The translations under genes and the position numbers were made by a program. The notes under the pieces are model-generated. The model searched no databases. It saw only the letters and a program-made list of their open reading frames with translations, and was not told the DNA's origin. Of a DNA stretch of 64,000 bases, positions 54,182 through 63,772 are shown piece after piece (positions within the stretch are counted from its first letter, which is position 1; every line of letters starts with the position of its first letter). Where the stretch lies: the NCBI GenBank assembly GCA_963728405.1, contig CAVSJV010000005.1, positions 256,001 to 320,000 on the forward strand, read 5' to 3'. The DNA is from Methanomassiliicoccaceae archaeon. Its GTDB lineage: Archaea; Thermoplasmatota; Thermoplasmata; Methanomassiliicoccales; Methanomassiliicoccaceae.

Positions 54182-55744
54182 CTATGGGCCGGAGTCATCC
54201 TTATCGCTCCTCATCAAGGGGCCCTCCACGTCCTGATCTCCTGCATCGGAGAGGCCGGTCCTTTTGCCCCGGATTGTCCGGTAGATCTGGTAGGTCGTAC
54301 TCCTGACAAGGTGGATTTCCTCCCCGGTAATGCCCCTCGTAATAATGAGAGAGCCAAAATAGACCAGCAGGCCAACCCCTATGCTTAACAGGATCTGGAT
54401 CATTTCTTGGGGGTTGAGCACCAAAATCACTCCCACCATGAGGGCGGCCGAAGCTACGCTCTTCACAATGAACGACCAGTCCGCCGGGAACCTAATGTAT
54501 TTGAAGGACAGGAATGCCCCCAGCAGAAGCATGGCTGCATACGCAAGCGTTGTTGCAAAGGCGGTACCGACGATCCCCAGGATCGGCGTCAAAAAGATTA
54601 CCAAAAGAACATTCGCTAACGCCGGTATGGTGTATATGGCCAGGTTCAGATGGGTCTTCTTTACCAAATAGAGTATGGTGGTCAGAATGCTCAGGATTCC
54701 GCTAAAAAGGCCGGCCATGGCGACAAATGGTATGATCGGGGAGCCTGCAGCGAAGTCGGATGTCGTCAGGGCCACGAGCAACGGTTCCGCCAGCGCAGAT
54801 AGGCCGGCCACCGCAGGGATGGCAAGCATGAGGAAGTACCTCAGAGACTTACTCAGGTAGCTCCGGACCTCGTCGAGCTCGTTGTTGTCGTACAGCCTCG
54901 ACAAGGTCGGGAATAGGACTATCTGGATTGGAGTAATGACCAGGAAAACTACCGATCCAATACCATAGGCCGCGGAATATATGCCGGCCAAGCTCAGACC
55001 CAGGATGAATGCCACAAAGTACCGGTCACTTGAATCCGTCACCCATGAGATCAGAGAACTGGGGGTCAGCGGCAGGGCGAACTTTAGATTGGGCTTAAGC
55101 AGATGGAATTTTGGCAGGCAAATACCGATATGAGATATGACCAGGCTGATGGCAATGACGAAGGTCACGATGTTCATCACCAAGGATCCGATGATCACCC
55201 CCATCAACCCATAACCTTGCGCAAGGAGGACCAGCATCACAATGAGCTGACCGAATGAGCTGAACACCGTGAGGGCGGCAAATGTCTTGAACCTTCGAAC
55301 GGTCATAAAATAGGCCGTGGATAGCGCCCCGAACGCAGAGAATGGTATGATCAGGGCAGCGACCATGAACGGTTGGGTCATTCTTCCATCCTGAAATAGG
55401 CCGAGGGCCGTAGCCTCATGGGCTATGGCCATAACGATCAAGGCGACCCCAAAACCCGTTATGGCCACGAAACTGAAGAGGGTGAAGAACTCATCCCGGA
55501 TCTCCTTTTTATCGGTCTTTGACGAAAGAAATCTGATAAGGGCCATCTGCTGTTCGAGCAGGACTACCTGGGTTAGCAACAGGACCGTGACCGAAATCTG
55601 GATCCAGATGCCATAATCCTCCACCCCCAGGGTCTTGGTGATCAGAGGGAGTATCAGAAAGTTGGCTAACCCAGTAAGTACCTGGGCAAGACCGATGACT
55701 ATGGCTTCCTTAGCGAATTCCTTGTATGACACCCGTGTTACCAT
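54182..55744 (-). CDS. Wzx/MOP-family oligosaccharide flippase
   Basis: LG.EDYG, ALIRF, FALPL.P, SDRY, AGIYSAAY, PTLSR, NV.L...L.P.LGIVG.A.AT. Confidence 0.92.
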   Translation of the reverse strand: MVTRVSYKEFAKEAIVIGLAQVLTGLANFLILPLITKTLGVEDYGIWIQISVTVLLLTQVVLLEQQMALIRFLSSKTDKKEIRDEFFTLFSFVAITGFGVALIVMAIAHEATALGLFQDGRMTQPFMVAALIIPFSAFGALSTAYFMTVRRFKTFAALTVFSSFGQLIVMLVLLAQGYGLMGVIIGSLVMNIVTFVIAISLVISHIGICLPKFHLLKPNLKFALPLTPSSLISWVTDSSDRYFVAFILGLSLAGIYSAAYGIGSVVFLVITPIQIVLFPTLSRLYDNNELDEVRSYLSKSLRYFLMLAIPAVAGLSALAEPLLVALTTSDFAAGSPIIPFVAMAGLFSGILSILTTILYLVKKTHLNLAIYTIPALANVLLVIFLTPILGIVGTAFATTLAYAAMLLLGAFLSFKYIRFPADWSFIVKSVASAALMVGVILVLNPQEMIQILLSIGVGLLVYFGSLIITRGITGEEIHLVRSTTYQIYRTIRGKRTGLSDAGDQDVEGPLMRSDKDDSGP

Positions 55745-56134
55745 CCGATCGATTTATGACGTTCCCTCTGGTCACAAGGGCTCCAAATAGGTTTTCCCAT
55801 CCGTACACATACAAATGTGGGTACCCCTTTCCTACCGTAAGGAGATATAGTTGGTCGTTCAGCGAGTAAACGAATCGATTAGAGGCATCCATAGATAGTT
55901 CTTTGTGATGAAAGTCGAACATGTTGGCATTTTTCGACCTTAGGCCGCAGGTATCATAAGTATGATCGAATGGGGGAGCTACATTGATTCCAGATGGGGC
56001 ATTAAGGGTTCGGAACTTTGCGTTCGGGGCGGTCGAGAACAAACATTGTTCCGTTGATTTCCAGTTTGAACTGTCCTTCAACGTAGCCAGGAGATAGTTT
56101 ATTCTAGGGTCCAATACTTTTTTTACCTTCATCC

Positions 56135-57148
56135 ATGAGCTTTATGAAGGGCGGTGCTGCCGTCGCCATTGTTGCGGTCCTTTTGCTGTCCGTTATGGTA
56201 TTGTTCATATATTCGGACGGTCAAAAAAGCGCTCCAACCCTGGACGAACGGGATTTCTCATTCATAGTCTATAGAGATGGTTCCGAGATCAGGTGCCTAA
56301 ATGCCTCATCCGGCGAGGTGAGCTTCTCCTCCCCTGATGGTAGCGACGCCATCCAGTATGCTCTGGCCTCCCTACCTCAAGGTGGAAAGGTGCTGGTGAG
56401 AGCGGGAGATTACCTTCTTACCCACACTGTGGAAATGGCTAATGATACTGAGCTTCGGGGGGTCGGCCCCGACACGGTCCTAATGGGTCAAACCAGCGTC
56501 AGTTTGCTCATCGAAGGACGGTCTAACATTACCGTGGGCTGGTTCACCCTCCGGGGCAGCGGCAACATCCTGGTGGCGGGCATCAACGCCCCTGTCAGTG
56601 ACGTCCATATCGAGGAGATAACCGCCACCATCGATTCTCTTCCCGAGGGGGTTTTCTACCTCCTCTCGTTGAGCGAGGTCGTATCCAACATCTCATTCGT
56701 CCGTTGTACTGCGCTCAACTGCGGTACCACGGGGTTTATGAACAACGGTAATCTGGACCGGGGATGGGTTGAGAACATATCATACCAACAATGTAGGGCC
56801 ATCGGTTGCGGCCTGAAAGAACGGTACAACGATTGGGTGGTGGGATTCGACCTGGCCGAGCTTGTCAATGTGAGGGGTATGAGCCTCCAGGACTGTGATT
56901 CCTCCAACAACTGGCAGTCCGGTTTCCATTTTGAAATGGTCAGCACCGTCAACAATGCAGTTCTCCGAAGCTGCTCATCCAACGATAACGGTCGGGCTAA
57001 AGGGGCCCCGGACGGCACGGGGGCAGGATGGGGGTTTACCATCTACAAGGACGCACCGAGGCACGATATACGCCTTTACAGCTGTTCGGCCTCCAACAAC
57101 TGGCATGGAGACACCAACCTAGGCACTCTCGTCCAGGTCCAGGGCTGA
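56135..57148 (+). CDS. Membrane-anchored/secreted beta-helix protein, paralog of the domains in 35506-38132
   Basis: N-terminal TM; AIQYALASL..GGKV...AG.Y; RYNDWVVGFDLAE...NWQSGFHFE. Confidence 0.8.
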   Translation: MSFMKGGAAVAIVAVLLLSVMVLFIYSDGQKSAPTLDERDFSFIVYRDGSEIRCLNASSGEVSFSSPDGSDAIQYALASLPQGGKVLVRAGDYLLTHTVEMANDTELRGVGPDTVLMGQTSVSLLIEGRSNITVGWFTLRGSGNILVAGINAPVSDVHIEEITATIDSLPEGVFYLLSLSEVVSNISFVRCTALNCGTTGFMNNGNLDRGWVENISYQQCRAIGCGLKERYNDWVVGFDLAELVNVRGMSLQDCDSSNNWQSGFHFEMVSTVNNAVLRSCSSNDNGRAKGAPDGTGAGWGFTIYKDAPRHDIRLYSCSASNNWHGDTNLGTLVQVQG

Positions 57149-57332
57149 TCCAACAGGTGAGCAGGGGGTGACAAAGGGCCTGGCGTCAGGGGCCCCATAT
57201 CCGGGAGGAATGGCCCGATTAGCGGTGAACGGCCCATACGGGGGACGTCGTTTACCATTCTGAATAGCTACTCCCGAGGAACCCCGCCGAAATATTCCCG
57301 CAAATATGCGGTGTCAAGATGGCCCCGAAAGC

Positions 57333-58338
57333 TCATCGTGCAATCTTGTTTGCCTCTGGCTCAGCCATCTTTTGACCATGCTTATCCTCGTCTCGGCGAT
57401 AGTTCAAGGCCTCAGAAAAATCGGTATTTGGCGTGCCAATGATGTGCGCAATCGAGTTCAGGGTAAGGCTGGAAATTGCCAATATGGCGCCCATGGTGGT
57501 CATGAAACCGGCCAAAATGGACTCGAATATCCAGGACCATCCGAACAGGTACGCTCCATTGATGCAGGCAAAGCCTAGCATCAGTCCCAAGATCCCCACG
57601 GTCACCCCTGGTACGCCAATATACATCAGAGGCCTTTTCAGGCTGACCAGGGTGATGACGTGGTTCATCAGACCAAAGCCCATGGTCACCGGGTGCTTCT
57701 TATGCTTATGGGGAACGTCGTAACTAACGCTGATGGGAACCTCTTTGATCTTCAGGCCTCTGGAAGCAAAATGGACGATCATGCTGGACTCCAAACCATA
57801 TCCATCTGAAGTGAAGTCCATGTTCTGCATGGCATTGGTGTTCAAGGCCCTGAACCCTGATTGAGTATCTGTGACCTTCTTTCGGGCACCTATACTGGTG
57901 GCTTTATTGAGCACTCTTTGACCGATCTGCCGGTACATTGGAATCTGGTGGGTGTTCGCGATGAACCTCGAGCCAATAACCAGGTCCGCTTCTCCGTCGA
58001 GCACCGGCTGCACGATCTTTACGATCTCATCGGAATTATGTTGGCCATCGGCATCGATCAGAACCACCACATCATAATTTTGGTTCTTTATCCTGGCCAA
58101 TCCCCTCATGACCGCATTGGCCTTGCCCCGGTTCTCCTGCAACTTAATGACCTCGGCCCCGGCCATGGCCGCGATGTCGGACTGTCCGATCGGAAGACCC
58201 ATCGTCGACCACTATGACCTTTGACACATGTTTCGCCACCCCCAAGACCACAGAACCTATAGTCAGCTCCTCATTAAATGCGGGGATCACAGCTACGATT
58301 TCTCCATGTATTGTTCTGTGGGATTCGATGTCGGACAT
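57333..58338 (-). CDS. GT2 polyprenol-phosphate glycosyltransferase (DPM1/AglD-like) with 2 C-terminal TMs (frameshift ~58183)
   Basis: VIPAFNEE, VVDDGSSD, N.GKA.A, DADGQH, DLVIGSRF, DTQSGFRA. Confidence 0.9.
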
Positions 58339-58562
58339 GTTTGCACCTGGGGGGCTTGTAGTCTGTTTATCTAAAGTGGTTCCGAAACACCTTATGGTGA
58401 GCAGGGTTCCTGCCTTAAGGGGCACTTATTATCCATACCGGGCAGGTCGGATGACTAGGTGGGACGATAGGCTATTTATCATTATCTCTAGAGATTATAC
58501 CAATTGGCTAGGTAGCCAACGTCAGGGACCATCATGGAAGTCGGCCGCCGATAGGCCGTCCA

Positions 58563-58778
58563 TCAGCCCGAGGACTGAATGAAAAGGACGATCTGCAAGA
58601 TGAACAGGAACAGAAGAGGGATGATAGCCGCATTCAACAATTTGCGTAACAAGGGGGTCCCTCTACCGGAAACGGAGAGTAACTCTCGGAACAAAAGGAG
58701 AGCCACTAGGATGACAGTAACCAATGGTCCAAGGGCCTCCAGCTCTCCGACAATCGTTATCTTCAACAACCTCCTCAC
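58563..58778 (-). CDS. Small two-TM membrane protein
   Basis: ILVALLLFRELL...LNAAIIPLLFLFILQIV. Confidence 0.55.
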   Translation of the reverse strand: MRRLLKITIVGELEALGPLVTVILVALLLFRELLSVSGRGTPLLRKLLNAAIIPLLFLFILQIVLFIQSSG

Positions 58779-59100
58779 ATGAGCTGGTCAGGATGCCTCC
58801 AGCTCCAGTATGGGAGGTCCTCTTCAAGCTATTAAGAATATTCATCATCCATCTAGGCCGGCCGGTGACCGTTCTTTCACAGCGTTCTTCCCCCCCAATG
58901 GTCAGGGCGAGGTACGCCTCCAGCATAGGTGATTTAGTCTGGCCATACATCAGCGATAAGAACGATTCTGGGCATAAGGGGCAATCACCTCAGCAATGGG
59001 TCCTAATTGTCTGAACCAAGGGATAAGCGGCCAAGAAGGTTCTTGATAATCAGCTCCTGGTCAAAAAGGTTTATGTTGCCTCTGTTGATAGGCCAAGGGT

Positions 59101-60021
59101 ATGTCGATCGAGCTGATCCCACTGGGTTTGGGAGAGGGCAAGGCCCGGCCCAGGTTACGCGCTATCGGCATAGGTGGAGCGGGCTGCAACGCCATATCTA
59201 GCTGTTCCTTCGACGCGGTGGCACTGTGCAACGCCCATGATTCCTTTCATTCCGCCCCTCACCACCGCAGGATCACGCTCACGGATGAGCATATCGATTT
59301 CGTGCGGTCCACCTCGCCACGACTGTTGGGGAGCATGGACCACGAATGCACCCACAAGTTGAAGGAGGCGGTCGGGGAGAGCGATCTCCTGTTCCTGTTC
59401 ACCGGACTTGGTGGGGAAACTGGAAGTCATCTGACCCCCGGGATCGCTCATTTTGCCCGCCGTTCCAGCGGACTGGTGGTCGTTTCGGCGGCACTGCCGT
59501 TCTCGGTCGAGGGATTGGGACGGCGGGAAGTGGCCAAAAAGGTCCTGCCAGATATCCTGGACGCGGCCCATCTTACCATCACATATCCGAATGATGGCCT
59601 CTTGGAGCTTACACCTAATCTCCCCCTTCGTCGCGCCTTCAAGGTCATGGACGAGATCATGTCCATACCCGCCATGGAGCTGGCCCAGGTTATCACCCGG
59701 GACGACATCACCGCCCTGCGCGCCGATCTGGCTGGCTCTCGCCACATGCGCTTCGGCATGGGCCAGGGGTCTGGCATCAGGAAAGAAGAGTTGGCCGTGG
59801 CTGATGCCCTCACCTCCCCCTGGCTCAATTTCCCTTTGCAAAAGGTCAACCTGGCGATCGTGATCATTTCTGGAGGGGAGGTGGACCACTACTCGGTGAA
59901 AGCGGTCATGGATCGTCTCATCCCCCGCATCCCGGGCGCGAAGATCCGTTATGCCACCAAGACCGACCAGTTGCTGGGGGACAAGCTGCGGGTCATGCTC
60001 CTCCTGGGTTTCAGCCCCTGA
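59101..60021 (+). CDS. Divergent FtsZ/tubulin-family protein
   Basis: IGIGGAGCNA, GLGGETGS, LPFSVEG..R, YPND.L, AF..MD, MGQG.G, DAL.SP, II.GG. Confidence 0.85.
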   Translation: MSIELIPLGLGEGKARPRLRAIGIGGAGCNAISSCSFDAVALCNAHDSFHSAPHHRRITLTDEHIDFVRSTSPRLLGSMDHECTHKLKEAVGESDLLFLFTGLGGETGSHLTPGIAHFARRSSGLVVVSAALPFSVEGLGRREVAKKVLPDILDAAHLTITYPNDGLLELTPNLPLRRAFKVMDEIMSIPAMELAQVITRDDITALRADLAGSRHMRFGMGQGSGIRKEELAVADALTSPWLNFPLQKVNLAIVIISGGEVDHYSVKAVMDRLIPRIPGAKIRYATKTDQLLGDKLRVMLLLGFSP

Positions 60022-60816
60022 TCATTCTTCCTTCAAGATCTCATCAGGAGCGTTAGCCAACGCTACCAGGGCCTGCGCTTCCATGAAGTGGAGCTTCCCT
60101 GGCATGATCATGCAGTGCAGCGGCGGACCTAGGTCCACGGTGGAGATCTCTTCTGGATAGCCGGCGAACAGCGCCTGGCGGGTCGAGCCCACCCGGGCCG
60201 CTGCGCAGAACAACGACCGCTCGGTCACCAGCCCCTTGCCGAGCCGCTTCTCGGCATCCAGCAGCCACCGCATGGCCATGGGCGCGGTCATATAGCGGCT
60301 CTCCTCCTCCTTGATGTCCAGGAGGATCAGGGTGTGAAGGCCTCGGGAGAAATTCTCCATGATGTTATCGTATGGGGACGACGGCAGGAATCCCGGCTCC
60401 GGGAACGGTATCGTCACCGTTCGGCCGAACTTGTAGGGCTGCAGGCCGAACGCCGCGGCGCAGGCCACGAAGATCGATACACCATGGACGAGGTCGGTAT
60501 GTATGCCCGCCTCGATGGCCCTAAGTCTGAGGTCCACATGCGTCGTGGCGGACATGGGATCGCCGGCGGTGATGAACGCCACCCGCTTGGTCCTGGCGGC
60601 GGCCACGATGATGTCCTTCTCTTCCACGTCGCTCCTCTTGAGCACGGTGATCTTCTTGCCGATGAACGACTCCAGCTCTTTGGCCGTGGAATCGATCAGC
60701 TTCGAGGTATAGAACTCGGCAAAGATCTCATCGCTGTTGCGCAGGGTGGTCAAGGCCCTTACGCTCATGTCCTCGGGTTTGGACATCCCTAAACCGACAA
60801 ATATCAATTCGCCCAT
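60022..60816 (-). CDS. dph5: Diphthine synthase
   Basis: LIFVGLG, AEFYTS, GDPMSATTH.DL, HGVSI, GLQPYKFG.TVT, GLHTLILLDI, GPPLH, LHFMEA.AL. Confidence 0.96.
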   Translation of the reverse strand: MGELIFVGLGMSKPEDMSVRALTTLRNSDEIFAEFYTSKLIDSTAKELESFIGKKITVLKRSDVEEKDIIVAAARTKRVAFITAGDPMSATTHVDLRLRAIEAGIHTDLVHGVSIFVACAAAFGLQPYKFGRTVTIPFPEPGFLPSSPYDNIMENFSRGLHTLILLDIKEEESRYMTAPMAMRWLLDAEKRLGKGLVTERSLFCAAARVGSTRQALFAGYPEEISTVDLGPPLHCMIMPGKLHFMEAQALVALANAPDEILKEE

Positions 60817-60826
60817 TGGCAACACC

Positions 60827-61846
60827 GTGCGCTCCATCTGCCTGAAGGTGCCGAGAGGTGAAGCAGAGTCCACCCGTAAGAGGCTTTTAACGGACGGCCT
60901 TCTGGACATCTCCCTGCGCATCCACAGGGATGGGGAGTACATTTTTCTTCCGGTCACCTCGGATAAGGCTGCGGGGCTGGGATACGAGATCGTCGAACTG
61001 GAACTGGACGCTCGAGAGGTGGCCGAGACCGACTACCGCGCCATGATGGCCGTGCCCGCCGAGGTCCGGGAAAGGCTCCCCACGTCCTTCGACGTCATCG
61101 GGGACGTCGCCATCGTCCGGTTGGACGACGAAGTCCTGCCGCACGCTCGGGCGGTGGGGCAGGCGCTCATGAGGACCTTTCCTCGGTTGCGGACGGTGGC
61201 ACTGGACCGCGGGGTCAAGGGCGAGCTGAGGGTCCGCGACCTGGAGGTGGTGGCAGGGGAGGAGCGCACCGAAACGGTACACACCGAGTTCGGCATTCGG
61301 CTCCTTATCGACCCGGCCAAGGTGTACTTCAACCCTCGACTCTCGAACGAGCGTAGCAGGATCGCCGCCCTGGTGCGGGACGGCGAGACCGTGGTGGACA
61401 TGTTCGCGGGGGTCGGTCCCTTCTCCATCATGATCGCCAAGCACGCCAAGCCGGAGATCGTCTACGCCATGGACCTGAACCATGATGCGGTGGAGTACAT
61501 GAAGATGAACATTCAGCTGAACAAGGTGACCACGGTGCTGCCGATCGAGGGCGACGCCCGCCAGCTGGTGTTCGATGTACCATGTGCGGACCGGATCATC
61601 ATGAACCTGCCCCACTCGGCGAGGGAGTTCTTTCACGACGCGCTCACCCGTCTGAAGCTGGGGGGGATGATCCACTTCTACACCATCTGCGAGCGGGACG
61701 ACATCGATGCCATCCTCGAACGCATGGTCACCGAGGCCGCGGGCATGGGGGTGCTGGTGACCATCATGCGCCGGGAGGAGCTGAAGACCTACTCACCGTC
61801 GATGAGCGTCTTCTCCGCGGACATCGGCCTGGTTGACTGGTGCTAG
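60827..61846 (+). CDS. trm5: tRNA (guanine37-N1) methyltransferase Trm5/Met10+-like
   Basis: LPTSFDVIGD, V.GELRVR, H.E.G, KVYFNPRL..ER, DMFAGVGPF, DLN..A, DRIIMNLP. Confidence 0.9.
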   Translation: MRSICLKVPRGEAESTRKRLLTDGLLDISLRIHRDGEYIFLPVTSDKAAGLGYEIVELELDAREVAETDYRAMMAVPAEVRERLPTSFDVIGDVAIVRLDDEVLPHARAVGQALMRTFPRLRTVALDRGVKGELRVRDLEVVAGEERTETVHTEFGIRLLIDPAKVYFNPRLSNERSRIAALVRDGETVVDMFAGVGPFSIMIAKHAKPEIVYAMDLNHDAVEYMKMNIQLNKVTTVLPIEGDARQLVFDVPCADRIIMNLPHSAREFFHDALTRLKLGGMIHFYTICERDDIDAILERMVTEAAGMGVLVTIMRREELKTYSPSMSVFSADIGLVDWC

Positions 61847-62311
61847 TGTGATCCCGTTCTGTCCCTGATAGTTCCCGCTCCTCTTCTCGTAGGTGAGGTG
61901 GGCTGGGGAGTGCAGCGTCTCGAAGATCATCTGCACGAACCGGCTACCGATGGGGACCTCGACCGGGTTCGGCGATACGTTGACGGCCATGAACGTGAGG
62001 GTCCCCCTGAACCCCGCATCCACCTTGCCCAGCCCGGCCAGGAGCCCTTTCTGATCCACGAGGTCCGCAGCCACAGCTGGGCGCACAACGAGGACGGGAG
62101 CTCGACCCCTTCCACGGTGGAGATGAAGAACATCGAGCCGGGAGCGATGACCGCCAAGCCCCTCCCTGACCACTGGGCCGCCGGGGACCGAGACCTCGGC
62201 GATGCGTAGGTCATAGCCGTTGGGGGTGAGGGACGCATCCGAGTAGTTCTCGATCTTCAGCTCGCCGTTCTTGACACGTTCGAGGATCTCATGGTCGGGC
62301 AGGACGCACAT
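61793..62311 (-). CDS. dcd: dCTP deaminase/dUTPase family (two compensating frameshifts ~62162, ~62047)
   Basis: PNGYDLR; middle frame ISTVE.VELP..LCAQLWLRTSW; VDAGFRG.LT, RF.Q, Y...SGNYQGQ.G. Confidence 0.88.
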   Translation of the reverse strand: MCVLPDHEILERVKNGELKIENYSDASLTPNGYDLRIAEVSVPGGPVVREGLGGHRSRLDVLHLHRGRGRAPVLVVRPAVAADLVDQKGLLAGLGKVDAGFRGTLTFMAVNVSPNPVEVPIGSRFVQMIFETLHSPAHLTYEKRSGNYQGQNGITLAPVNQADVRGEDAHRR

Positions 62312-62659
62312 GTACCCTCATCGACATCCTGGTAAAAAATGGAACTCATGGTGGGGCCGTGGCGGCCGGGTCAAGCCGCACGTTGGCCGCCATTCCCGTC
62401 CCAGGCACTGGGCATCACTAATGACAACCGTTTCCGGACGATCTTATACTCTGGAACGCGATAAAAGTTACAGCGGGGAGAAGCCCCATAGCATTCCGTT
62501 ATGCTTATGCCTCCTCCTAACCATCTCCCCCGCTGAGACTTTCCCTTCCAGCATATCGATCGATATCGCTGGAGCATGACATCATCCAGTGCGTTTTAGG
62601 TATCGTACAAATTAAAATAGAGGGTCTAGTTGTTACGCTCAGCCACAGTGGCGATATAA

Positions 62660-63730
62660 GTGAATATAAAGACCCGTAAGGTTAGGAAGAGCAGGCTAAG
62701 CGAGGTCGACTTCGACCATCTGAGCTTCGGGGAGACCTTCTCCGATCATATGTTCCAGATGGACTATGCCCAGGGGACGTGGCAGGAACCAAAGATCGTC
62801 CCTTTCGGCAAGATCGAGGTATTGCCTTCTTTGTCCACTCTCCACTATGGGCAGAGCGTCTTCGAGGGCCTGAAGGCCTTCCGAGCCAAGAACGGCGGTG
62901 TGAACATCTTCCGGCCGGACAAGCACGCCGAGAGGATGTGGCACTCTTCTGACCGGCTGTGCATCCCCCGGGTGGACAAGGATGTGTTCATCGAGGCCGT
63001 GGATGCCCTGGTCAAGCTGGACTACAAGTGGATACCCTCCAGCAAGGGGACGTCGCTTTACATCAGACCATTGACCTTCGCGACCGAGGACTACATCGGG
63101 GTGCGGGTCTCGGAAAAGTACTCGTTCTACATCATGACCGGGCCGGTCGGTGCATACTACAAAGAAGGGTTCAACCCGGTCCGCCTGATGACCTCCGGGG
63201 AGTTCGTCCGGGCGGTCCGAGGTGGTCTCGGCGAAGCGAAGACCGCGGCCAACTACGCCGCGTCCCTGCTGCCCGCCTACGAGGCCAAGAAGAAAGGGTA
63301 CGCCCAGGTCATCTGGTTGGATGGCATCGAGGAGAAGTACATCGATGAGGTGGGCACGATGAACATCTGTTTCGTCAAGGACGGCAAGCTCATCACCCCG
63401 CCGCTGGAAGGTGGGACCATCCTCGCCGGTATCACCAGGGACAGCGTTCTGCATCTCGCCCGGCACTGGGGCATGGGGGTCGAGGAACGCCGCATCACCA
63501 TCGACGAGGTCATGTCCTCCATTAAGGACGGCAGCATGACCGAGGTCTTCGGGACCGGCACCGCGGCGGTCATCTCGCCGGTGGGGGAGATATTCCACAA
63601 GGGCGAGACGGCCATCATCAACGAGAACAAGATCGGCCCGATGGCCCAAAAGCTGTTCGACGAGATCACTGGCATCCAGTACGGCGAACGGCCCGACCCC
63701 TTCGGCTGGGTCCGTCATGTCGACGTCTGA
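62660..63730 (+). CDS. ilvE: Branched-chain amino acid aminotransferase
   Basis: FG..FSDHM, LHYGQSVFEGLKA, LYIRP, AKTAANY (PLP Lys), EVGTMN, IL.GITRDS, FGTGTAAVISP. Confidence 0.96.
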   Translation: MNIKTRKVRKSRLSEVDFDHLSFGETFSDHMFQMDYAQGTWQEPKIVPFGKIEVLPSLSTLHYGQSVFEGLKAFRAKNGGVNIFRPDKHAERMWHSSDRLCIPRVDKDVFIEAVDALVKLDYKWIPSSKGTSLYIRPLTFATEDYIGVRVSEKYSFYIMTGPVGAYYKEGFNPVRLMTSGEFVRAVRGGLGEAKTAANYAASLLPAYEAKKKGYAQVIWLDGIEEKYIDEVGTMNICFVKDGKLITPPLEGGTILAGITRDSVLHLARHWGMGVEERRITIDEVMSSIKDGSMTEVFGTGTAAVISPVGEIFHKGETAIINENKIGPMAQKLFDEITGIQYGERPDPFGWVRHVDV

Positions 63731-63772
63731 AACGCCTTCCCATCTTCTCATTTTTCCATTGGTCGCACGCTC

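Noticed and set aside
55710-56132. 140-aa ORF upstream of flippase
   Set aside because: Atypical composition, no motif, and it fills the divergent promoter region; probably spurious.
5200-62200. Mass pseudogenisation or programmed frameshifting
   Set aside because: Breaks hit essential genes (ligase), are single-base, lie in homopolymers or one recurring context, and no in-frame stops accumulate; best explained as assembly error.
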